Source: Desulfobulbaceae bacterium
GTDB taxonomy: Bacteria; Bacteroidota; Ignavibacteria; Kapaibacteriales; UBA2268
DNA: 64,000 bases
Direction: 5' to 3'
Assembly: GCA_018335795.1 (NCBI GenBank)
Contig: JAGXRP010000082.1
Location: 88,868-152,867 of the forward strand
The notes under the pieces: model-generated
What the model was told of the DNA's origin: nothing
The model's database searches: none
Seen by the model: only the letters and a program-made list of their open reading frames with translations
Translations under genes and position numbers: made by a program
In this document: positions 56,251-64,000 of the stretch, in pieces
Position numbering within the stretch: the stretch's first letter is position 1
Layout of the letters: every line of letters begins with the position of its first letter

Positions 56251-57717
56251 ATGAAATACAGTTACAAGGATGGCGGTCTAATATTAGGTTTAATCGTATT
56301 TTTCGTGCTTTTGATATTTCCGGTCAGCGATGAACCCGTAGCATCGAGAATGGCTGCAATCGCAGTATTGATGGGTATTTGGTGGATGACTGAGGCATTG
56401 CCATTGGCAGCGACATCACTTGTACCGCTACTTCTATTCCCATTGTTGGGTATAATCAATGCCACTGAGACCGCAAAAGAGTATTTCAATTCTACGATTG
56501 CAATTTATATTGGCGGATTTTTAATTGCATTATCCATGCAAAGGTGGGATTTGCACCGTAGATTGGCTCTCAAAACTATCTTGGTGATTGGCAAAGGTCC
56601 TTCGGGAATTGTTCTCGGGTTTATGATTGCATCAGCTTTCATTTCGATGTTGATTTCAAATGTCGCCACCACTGTGATGCTGCTACCGATTGGAATGGCA
56701 ATAATTTTGAAAGTTGAAGAGAGCTATGAGGCGAAATTAACAAAAGAGTTCAGCCTCAGTTTGATGCTTGGAATAGCATACGCCGCCTCAATCGGCGGTG
56801 TAGCGACGCTTATCGGAACTGCACCAAACTTGATTTTCAAACGAATTTATGAAATGAATTTCCCTGAAGCCGGTGAAATCACTTTCGGCTCGTGGTTCTT
56901 GTTTGGATTTCCAATTGCGATGATAATGTTAGCCTTAGCGTGGATTGTTCTGACCAAAATTTTATATAAACCATCTCCAGAGCTCGTAATGAACAATGAG
57001 GTAATCCGTGAGGAATATAAATTGCTGGGTAAGATGACATTCGAAGAAAAGATGGTTGCAATAATCGCCGGAATGACTGCACTATTGTGGCTTACAAGGG
57101 CTAATCTCGAGATTGGAGGTTTGCTCTTGCCGGGATGGGGGCAACTACTTCCATTTGGAGATATGATTGACGATGCCACGATAGCGATTTTTTCCGGTTT
57201 GCTATTGTTTATAATTCCTGCCAAAAAACGTCCACACAGACTATCACAAGACACAGTATTCATGAAGATTCCATGGGATGTGATTCTGATTTTTGGTGGG
57301 GGATTCGCCCTGGCAAAGGGTTTTACAGTATCGGGATTGTCAGAAGTTATCGGGAGCGTATTGACCGGAATTACCGATATTCACCCTCTGATACTAACAT
57401 TGGCAGTTTGTCTGCTTTTAACGTTCCTGACTGAATTAACATCTAACACTGCTACGACTAACACCGTCTTGCCAATTCTTGCAGCAGCGGCAATCGCAGG
57501 CGGTATAAATCCGCTTTATTTGATGTTGCCGGCAACCATCTCGGCTTCTTTTGCATTTATGTTGCCTGTGGCAACACCACCAAATGCAATTGTTTACGGT
57601 TCAGGCAAAATCAAAGTTGAACAAATGATGAAAGCAGGGTTGATACTCAATTTGATAGGAGTTCTTGTGATTACTGGCATGTTTACATTATTCGGTACCT
57701 CTGTATTCGGTCAATAA
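56251..57717 (+). CDS. DASS/SLC13 sodium:dicarboxylate or sulfate symporter
   Basis: WWMTEALP, ISNVATT, GGVATLIGTAPN, LTELTSNTAT, AFMLPVATPPNAIV. Confidence 0.93.
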   Translation: MKYSYKDGGLILGLIVFFVLLIFPVSDEPVASRMAAIAVLMGIWWMTEALPLAATSLVPLLLFPLLGIINATETAKEYFNSTIAIYIGGFLIALSMQRWDLHRRLALKTILVIGKGPSGIVLGFMIASAFISMLISNVATTVMLLPIGMAIILKVEESYEAKLTKEFSLSLMLGIAYAASIGGVATLIGTAPNLIFKRIYEMNFPEAGEITFGSWFLFGFPIAMIMLALAWIVLTKILYKPSPELVMNNEVIREEYKLLGKMTFEEKMVAIIAGMTALLWLTRANLEIGGLLLPGWGQLLPFGDMIDDATIAIFSGLLLFIIPAKKRPHRLSQDTVFMKIPWDVILIFGGGFALAKGFTVSGLSEVIGSVLTGITDIHPLILTLAVCLLLTFLTELTSNTATTNTVLPILAAAAIAGGINPLYLMLPATISASFAFMLPVATPPNAIVYGSGKIKVEQMMKAGLILNLIGVLVITGMFTLFGTSVFGQ

Positions 57718-57779
57718 TAGTTCGGCGAAAAAAGCGTATATTTGTAGCTTGTATATTGTAGAATTAACAGATTACGAAA

Positions 57780-60326
57780 ATGGCTTATTCATTCAGCGAA
57801 ATAGAAGCAAAGTGGCAATCATATTGGTTGCAAAACGAAGTTTACAAAACAGGCGAATCTACCGATAAACCAAAATTTTACGTCCTTGATATGTTCCCAT
57901 ATCCAAGTGGCGCAGGGCTTCATATCGGACATCCCGAGGGCTATACGGCTACCGATATTATCTCGCGATTTAAGCGAATGAAGGGCTTCAACGTATTACA
58001 TCCGATGGGATTCGATGCATTCGGCTTGCCTACCGAGCGATATAGCATGACAACGGGAATTCACCCGATTGATGCCACTAAGGCAAACGTTGACAATTTC
58101 AAACGCCAACTTAATTTGTTGGGCTTTAGTTATGATTGGTCACGCGAAATTAATACCACAGAACCAAATTATTACAAGTGGACTCAGTGGATGTTTTTGA
58201 TGATTTACAATTCCTGGTATGACGACCATGCAGCTAAATCACGCCCAATAAGTGAATTGCAGATTCCTGAAAATTTGAAATCACAGAAAGAAATTGATGA
58301 TTACATTGACAGCAAAAGATTGGCTTTCATAGATATGATTCCCGTGAATTGGTGCGAAGCATTAGGAACAGTTTTGGCAAATGAGGAAGTTGATGAGTGG
58401 AAAGGCAAGGGCTACACCGTTGAAAAGAAGCCAATGCGCCAATGGATGCTCCGAATCACAACTTATGCCGAAAGATTGCTGAACGACTTGGATTTGGTCG
58501 AATGGCCCAATTCTACTCGCGATATGCAAATGAATTGGATTGGCAGAAGCGAAGGTGCCGAAATTGAGTTCAAAGCTGAAACGAATGATACAATCACAGT
58601 ATTCACAACACGCCCCGATACTGTTTTCGGAGCTACATACTTAGTGCTTGCACCTGAACATAGTTTGGTAAGCAAGGTTACAACAGATGAGCAAAAAAGC
58701 AAGATTCAGGAATATATTGATGTTTCGGTTTTGAAAAGTGACATCGAGCGCCAAGATTTGACAAAGAAAAAAACGGGAGTTTTTACAGGTGGATATGCCA
58801 TCAATCCCGCTTCCGGCGAAAGAATTGAAATTTGGATTGCAGATTATGTTTTAGCTCAATATGGTACGGGAGCCATTATGGCTGTTCCCGGACATGACGA
58901 GCGAGACCACGAATTCGCTGTGCAGATGAAACTGCCGATTAAAATGGTCGTCAAGCCTAAAGACAGCGATGATTGGGACATAATGACTTCCGCTTTTACA
59001 GAAAAAAATGGATTTTCCGTTAATTCAGAAAATTCTGAAGTGAAATTAAGTGGCTTACCTACGACAGAAGCGATTTCGACAATTATAACGTGGTTGGAAT
59101 CAAAAAATATCGGCAAAGGGAAAATTCAATATAAATTGCGTGATTGGCTGTTTTCTCGTCAGCGTTATTGGGGCGAACCAATCCCAATCATGTTTTTCGA
59201 GGACGGCTCCAAAAGGGCGTTAGAAAATGACGAATTACCATTGATTTTACCCGACGTGGAGCATTTCAAGCCTGCCGGAACCGGCGAATCACCTTTAGCA
59301 AACGTCGAAAAATGGGTCAATTTCATAGATAAAAAGACCGGGAAAAAAGCGAAATTCGAGACCAACACAATGCCACAATGGGCTGGGAGCTGTTGGTATT
59401 ATTTACGTTACATTGACCCGCACAATGATGATATTTTTTGCGATAGCGACAAAGAACGCTATTGGATGTCACCGTCGGGAGTTGATTTATACGTTGGTGG
59501 CGCCGAACATGCCGTATTGCACTTGCTTTATGCACGATTTTGGCATAAGGTGCTTTACGATTATGGCTATGTCTCCACACCGGAACCTTTCAAGAAGCTG
59601 TTCCACCAAGGTTTGATTTTGGGTGAAGACGGCGAAAAAATGTCAAAATCTCGTGGGAATGTTGTCAATCCCGATGATATTGTTAAAGAATATGGCGCAG
59701 ACTCGCTACGATTATACGAAATGTTTTTGGGTCCTTTGGAAGCCGTTAAACCTTGGCAAACCAACAATATAACAGGTGTGTTTAATTTCCTGAATCGTGC
59801 TTGGAGAATGATTGCAACCGACGAAGGGACATTGTCTCCTAAAGTTTTGAATGCCGGATTGAGCCCTGAGCAGGATTATGTTTTGAACTACACAATCAAA
59901 AAAGTTGCTGACGATATCGAGAATTTGAGTTTCAACACGGCGATTGCACAGATGATGATTTTTGTGAATGAGTTTACCAAAGTTGAAGTCAAGCCATTAG
60001 ATGCTATGAAGAAATTTGTCTTATGTTTGTCGCCATTTGCTCCGCATATCGCTGAGGAACTTTGGCAGATTTTAGGTCATTCGCAAAGTGTCGTGTTCGA
60101 GGAATTTCCGGTTTATGATGATGCAAAAATCGTGAGGAATGAGATTGAATTTGTTGTGCAAGTCGGAGGAAAAATTCGTGCAAGAATTCAAGTAAATGTA
60201 GATTTACCGCAAGACCAATTGGAAGCGCTTGCACTCGGTGATGCAGCCGTACAAAAGCATATTGACGGCAAAGAGATTCGCAAAATTATTTTCGTGAAGA
60301 ATAAATTGATTAATTTTATCGTTTAA
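57780..60326 (+). CDS. leuS: Leucine-tRNA ligase
   Basis: [52 protein letters not shown]; TATATTTG promoter near 57738. Confidence 0.98.
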   Translation: MAYSFSEIEAKWQSYWLQNEVYKTGESTDKPKFYVLDMFPYPSGAGLHIGHPEGYTATDIISRFKRMKGFNVLHPMGFDAFGLPTERYSMTTGIHPIDATKANVDNFKRQLNLLGFSYDWSREINTTEPNYYKWTQWMFLMIYNSWYDDHAAKSRPISELQIPENLKSQKEIDDYIDSKRLAFIDMIPVNWCEALGTVLANEEVDEWKGKGYTVEKKPMRQWMLRITTYAERLLNDLDLVEWPNSTRDMQMNWIGRSEGAEIEFKAETNDTITVFTTRPDTVFGATYLVLAPEHSLVSKVTTDEQKSKIQEYIDVSVLKSDIERQDLTKKKTGVFTGGYAINPASGERIEIWIADYVLAQYGTGAIMAVPGHDERDHEFAVQMKLPIKMVVKPKDSDDWDIMTSAFTEKNGFSVNSENSEVKLSGLPTTEAISTIITWLESKNIGKGKIQYKLRDWLFSRQRYWGEPIPIMFFEDGSKRALENDELPLILPDVEHFKPAGTGESPLANVEKWVNFIDKKTGKKAKFETNTMPQWAGSCWYYLRYIDPHNDDIFCDSDKERYWMSPSGVDLYVGGAEHAVLHLLYARFWHKVLYDYGYVSTPEPFKKLFHQGLILGEDGEKMSKSRGNVVNPDDIVKEYGADSLRLYEMFLGPLEAVKPWQTNNITGVFNFLNRAWRMIATDEGTLSPKVLNAGLSPEQDYVLNYTIKKVADDIENLSFNTAIAQMMIFVNEFTKVEVKPLDAMKKFVLCLSPFAPHIAEELWQILGHSQSVVFEEFPVYDDAKIVRNEIEFVVQVGGKIRARIQVNVDLPQDQLEALALGDAAVQKHIDGKEIRKIIFVKNKLINFIV

Positions 60327-60339
60327 TTTTTTTGAAATT

Positions 60340-60379
60340 AAAAAGGGAGATGATAATTATTTTTCATCTCCCTTTTTTT
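60340..60379. terminator. Bidirectional terminator
   Basis: aaaagggagatga / tcatctccctttt between convergent genes. Confidence 0.8.
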
Positions 60380-60404
60380 GTATAATAAATATTTATTTTT
60401 CGAA

Positions 60405-61217
60405 TTATAATACTCTCGTGATGAGGAAAGTGATGTGAAATTTATCGTCCAATGAGCCTGTCATAAATTGCGAAAAATTCGTGTAAACGTTGTTGGACAG
60501 CGCCACTTTGAAGAAGTGCCCCGCAGTTTCGATTTCCATGCCGAGCGAGTACGTATTGTAGAATTGCCTCCAACCGTTCAAAGTCGGATTGGCTTCGGCA
60601 ATCACGCTCCAGCGCTCATCGAAAAAGTATTGGGCGTATGCTCCCATTGTCCAGGAATTGATTGGTTCTTCGCAAAACAAATTGGCATTGTACAAGAATC
60701 CGGGTGAAATACCTAATCCAAGCGATTTGCCTACCATAGTATTTGCGATTATGAAACCGTAATATTGCCAGAGTCGCGATTTATCCTCAGGCTCGTTCAC
60801 AACCTTGGAATTATAAGCGACGCCACCATTTACAGCAACAGCTAAGGGCAAAACATCGCTATTTATTTCCAAAACTTTCCATTTTAGCTGTAAGTCTATA
60901 TTTCCGTTTAAATTACTGCGTCCTAATTGTGCAAAAAGGTCGTCCGTAATTCCATAACCTAAGCCCAGACGCATATAGACACTGCCGTCAAAGCCAAAAA
61001 GTTCATCAACACCTTCGGATACGGGCACTATGAATTTATGTGAAATATGAAAATAAATATCGCCTTGTTGCAAAGTTTCCGTTGTCGGCAAATTTAATGC
61101 ATCAGGCGATGAAAACAATTGCAGAGGTATTTCAGCAGGTGCTTCACGCTGCCAACTTGGTTGCGAGTATGCTATTATACCGGAAATAAATAAAAATAAT
61201 ATTACAAAATATTTCAT
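60405..61217 (-). CDS. DUF5777-like outer-membrane beta-barrel protein
   Basis: NLPTTE, F.ISHKF, LFG.DG, YGITD, EIETAGHFF...SN. Confidence 0.8.
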   Translation of the reverse strand: MKYFVILFLFISGIIAYSQPSWQREAPAEIPLQLFSSPDALNLPTTETLQQGDIYFHISHKFIVPVSEGVDELFGFDGSVYMRLGLGYGITDDLFAQLGRSNLNGNIDLQLKWKVLEINSDVLPLAVAVNGGVAYNSKVVNEPEDKSRLWQYYGFIIANTMVGKSLGLGISPGFLYNANLFCEEPINSWTMGAYAQYFFDERWSVIAEANPTLNGWRQFYNTYSLGMEIETAGHFFKVALSNNVYTNFSQFMTGSLDDKFHITFLITRVL

Positions 61218-61228
61218 GGTTTCCTCAA

Positions 61229-61792
61229 TTAATTTTTACTTTTTACAAAAAAATCAAGCGTAAGTTGAATATCCTCGCTGATACGAACAAACATGAATTT
61301 CGGCACTTTAATATTATAATCAGTCAATTTAACTATAAATTGCGATTTTAGCTGATAGCCATTGGGTACTTTATATATTTTCCCGTTTATTGAAATCTCG
61401 CGTGTAACACCATGGATAAACATTTTACCACTTGCAACGACATCAAATTCAGTTTGAGAAACTTCTTTGATTGTAGTAAGATTTCCTTTGAAATTAGTAA
61501 ATTGATATTTATCGGTATGCAGGTAATCTTCACGCATGTGGCGATTTCTAAGCCCTATACCTGTATCAACGGAATTCAAATCAACTTCGAAATATATTTC
61601 AGCATCCTTCAAATTATCTGATTTCATGTAAAGATAGCCGTCAATCTTGTTTGTTACACCGTCAAAACTTTCAACGGGCATTTCTGATGTAAATTTGACA
61701 AGATTTTTCTTAGACTTATCAACTTGATATTCTTGGGCATTAGCAATATTAAATGCAAATAGTAAGAATATTATATATATTATATTTTTCAT
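61229..61792 (-). CDS. YceI-family polyisoprenoid-binding protein
   Basis: Signal peptide; DTGI.LRNRHM..YL.TDKY; G...IHGVTR; DYNI..P. Confidence 0.9.
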   Translation of the reverse strand: MKNIIYIIFLLFAFNIANAQEYQVDKSKKNLVKFTSEMPVESFDGVTNKIDGYLYMKSDNLKDAEIYFEVDLNSVDTGIGLRNRHMREDYLHTDKYQFTNFKGNLTTIKEVSQTEFDVVASGKMFIHGVTREISINGKIYKVPNGYQLKSQFIVKLTDYNIKVPKFMFVRISEDIQLTLDFFVKSKN

Positions 61793-61807
61793 TTTACAAA
61801 TCCTAAA

Positions 61808-62218
61808 TTAATTATTTAAAGCTCCGTTTTCAATCCAAACTCTCAATGTGTCAATCATGTTTTGAGGCAGTTTTCCGGTCGGAGGCATAACGCTGCTTGT
61901 ATTTGTACTAATTCTTTGGTATAAATAACTGTTGTCGGGGTCATTCGGTTTGATATACATAGTTTCATCATATGCAATTTTATTAACAATATTATTATAT
62001 GCTACTCCTGATGTCAAAACCAATCCACCTGCGGGAATAGTACCTGCGTGACATCCCGAAAGAGCACAATTCTTGTTCAATAATTCAGACTGAATAGAAG
62101 AAAAAGTAGCTACCAATTTGATATCGCCAACATCGGTAGGACATTCGCTAACAATACCTTCTTCGCAAGAAGCAATAAAAATTGCAAAAATTCCAATAAT
62201 TAATAATTTCCGAAACAC
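61808..62218 (-). CDS. Small lipoprotein, cytochrome c-like (CxxxxCH)
   Basis: IASC lipobox, CALSGCH, P.DP.NSYL, MPP, WI.NGA.NN; GTG start after GGAG. Confidence 0.75.
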   Translation of the reverse strand: MFRKLLIIGIFAIFIASCEEGIVSECPTDVGDIKLVATFSSIQSELLNKNCALSGCHAGTIPAGGLVLTSGVAYNNIVNKIAYDETMYIKPNDPDNSYLYQRISTNTSSVMPPTGKLPQNMIDTLRVWIENGALNN

Positions 62219-62293
62219 AAGAACTCCAATATATTTATACTTACTATATTTAATGACGAATTAAAATTAATACTTTACATTTGTTAACAATAA

Positions 62294-64000
62294 TTAATTT
62301 ACAGGAGTTTCGACAATAATTTGAACAGTTCGACAATAATTCCGACCAAACGGAGAATTATTATCGAATAGAATAATATCGCTCCCTACATTTCTAATTG
62401 CCAAATTTTCAGGTCTAACTTTTAGAATTTTTTGTACTTCAGCTGTTCGTTTGGCAGCAAGTTCGCGATTATATTGGGTTTCACCTGTTCTATCAGCATA
62501 TCCAATAATCGTGACTTTTGAATTTGGTTCAATTTTTTTCTTAATTTCATCAACAATTGCTTTATTAACACCTTTAATTTCAGCCTTATCATAATCGAAT
62601 AAAATCAAAGAGTACTTTTCGACACGCTTGTCATCTTTCATTTCAAAGCGTTTTTTGCGGATTGTTAGCTGCTTAATATCGCGAGAATCTGTTACCGAGC
62701 CACTTTGTCCTAATTTATCTTTAACATCTAAAGTTATTTGAACGGGTTTTTCCAAAGTAGGAATAGGCTCTAATTCGATATCCCACCTTGACCTCTGAGG
62801 TTCGCCCTTGCCTTTGAATTCACGCAATAGGACATTATCTTGCATAATATTAATTGCCCATTCAGCAACTTCTGCATCAGCTTGGACGATTGGGTCAGCA
62901 ATCAATGTTGGTGGATTAGCCTTGCGTATTATGTCTTTCATACTGACAGGGCTAAGAATTGCCGAGTTATTGGAACTGATTTCGACTCTGCGATTTTCCT
63001 CAACCCCTTCAGGTCGGTCAACATTACCCGGGAATTCCGGTAAGTTGCGAGCTTGGATTGTTATTCGGTTCGGATTAATATCCCACACTGTTTCTAAATA
63101 TTTTGCCACGCTATTAGCACGTTGGCGAGAAAGTTCTGTATTGTTGCGTTCAGAATTCGAGTTAGAGTTAGTACCTGTTAGTGTAATCTTTGCTGATGGA
63201 TTTTCCTGAAGTCTTTTACCAACAATATTAAGCATTTGGGAGTAAATTTCCAAAGTTGCCCAAGGCAAATCATCCATACCAAATTGGGATTGTTCCGATT
63301 TTGATAATAAATTAAGTCTTGAAGCATTTAAATCCGATGAATTTTCGGGGAAAAATACATATGGTAAAACGGGAAATAACTCCTCTGATTCGATTTCTTC
63401 AATAATTATTGTAGGATTCTCGACAACAGCACCTTCGAAAGATAAACCGTATGTATTAAGGGCGACATTAAGCAAAGCATCTTTGGGTAGATCCAGCATA
63501 TAGGTTTCGGAAACTGTTATTACTTCAACCTCAGTTGCCGGGTCGAGCATATTAAATATACTTTCTCTGCTATCGGCGATTAGCCTGATGTTTGGCTCTT
63601 TCAATCCGACAATATAATTTCTTAGAGTATCGCGTTTAAATTTGTACTCTTGAATTCTTTTAATTTCTTGGCTTTCGTAAACGGGGAATTTAACTGCAAC
63701 CCCTAATTTCAGATTTGAAGCCGACCAAGATTCTGATGAAATATTATTCAGAGCTTGGTAATATCTTATTTCCGGTACTAAAAATGAATTCGGTCCAATC
63801 GGTACTTTATACCCCAATCCAAGATAAATATGAAAAAGAGCACCCGGCAAACCCGGGATTTCATCACCTTCGCTGGAGTTACGGATTCGAGACTGTTCAT
63901 TTTTAAAAATCACATCATTAGGAGTAAGCAAAGTTTCAGATTGGTTGAAAGTACCCGTCATTGGAAATCCCAGTCTAAAACCGCCTGAAAGCAAGAAGCC
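62294..64000 (-). CDS. Outer-membrane protein with two OmpA-like domains, 5'-truncated by the window edge
   Basis: LPYVFF, ENRRVEI, LILFDYDK...GYAD..G...YN..LA..R, YCRTV; paralog of the C-terminal half of 15015-17387. Confidence 0.85.
   Translation of the reverse strand, partial: GFLLSGGFRLGFPMTGTFNQSETLLTPNDVIFKNEQSRIRNSSEGDEIPGLPGALFHIYLGLGYKVPIGPNSFLVPEIRYYQALNNISSESWSASNLKLGVAVKFPVYESQEIKRIQEYKFKRDTLRNYIVGLKEPNIRLIADSRESIFNMLDPATEVEVITVSETYMLDLPKDALLNVALNTYGLSFEGAVVENPTIIIEEIESEELFPVLPYVFFPENSSDLNASRLNLLSKSEQSQFGMDDLPWATLEIYSQMLNIVGKRLQENPSAKITLTGTNSNSNSERNNTELSRQRANSVAKYLETVWDINPNRITIQARNLPEFPGNVDRPEGVEENRRVEISSNNSAILSPVSMKDIIRKANPPTLIADPIVQADAEVAEWAINIMQDNVLLREFKGKGEPQRSRWDIELEPIPTLEKPVQITLDVKDKLGQSGSVTDSRDIKQLTIRKKRFEMKDDKRVEKYSLILFDYDKAEIKGVNKAIVDEIKKKIEPNSKVTIIGYADRTGETQYNRELAAKRTAEVQKILKVRPENLAIRNVGSDIILFDNNSPFGRNYCRTVQIIVETPVN

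Noticed and set aside
1478-63906. Many 60-210 aa ORFs in the track that overlap longer genes (for example 2466-2882, 40232-40864, 51323-51961, 55277-55861)
   Set aside because: Antisense or alternate-frame shadows of well-supported genes, with no recognisable motifs or RBS.

Overview
AT-rich chromosomal window from an FCB-group bacterium. Bacteroidota-type TAnnTTTG promoters, clear AGGAG/GGAG ribosome-binding sites and many T9SS C-terminal-domain proteins point to Kapabacteria/Ignavibacteria/Chlorobi rather than Bacteroidia (inference). Core genes: a Na+-translocating methylmalonyl-CoA decarboxylase operon, sucC, two cyclophilins, an aspC-like aminotransferase with pckA, cysS, purH, ilvE and leuS. 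Six T9SS cargo genes, an ECF sigma/anti-sigma locus, a TonB receptor and OmpA proteins lie between them. I found no rRNA, tRNA, CRISPR array, transposase or integrase. Best candidate for a new system: a tightly coupled operon (26.1-31.8 kb) joining an Lcp/MpaB-type heme oxygenase, a PaxB/Pyr4-type membrane terpene cyclase and two sensor PP2C phosphatases, with a third TPR-PP2C upstream. Other leads: a duplicated Cys-rich protein plus BNR-propeller cassette with a poly-C tract that puts its natural start out of frame; an AraC-GyrI gene with operator-like repeats and a second start inside its own coding sequence; accessory genes bracketed by long direct repeats that contain terminators; a dispersed palindromic repeat family; palindromes inserted in frame in T9SS C-terminal domains; and a candidate sRNA. 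All family assignments come from motif recognition by eye, not from database searches.
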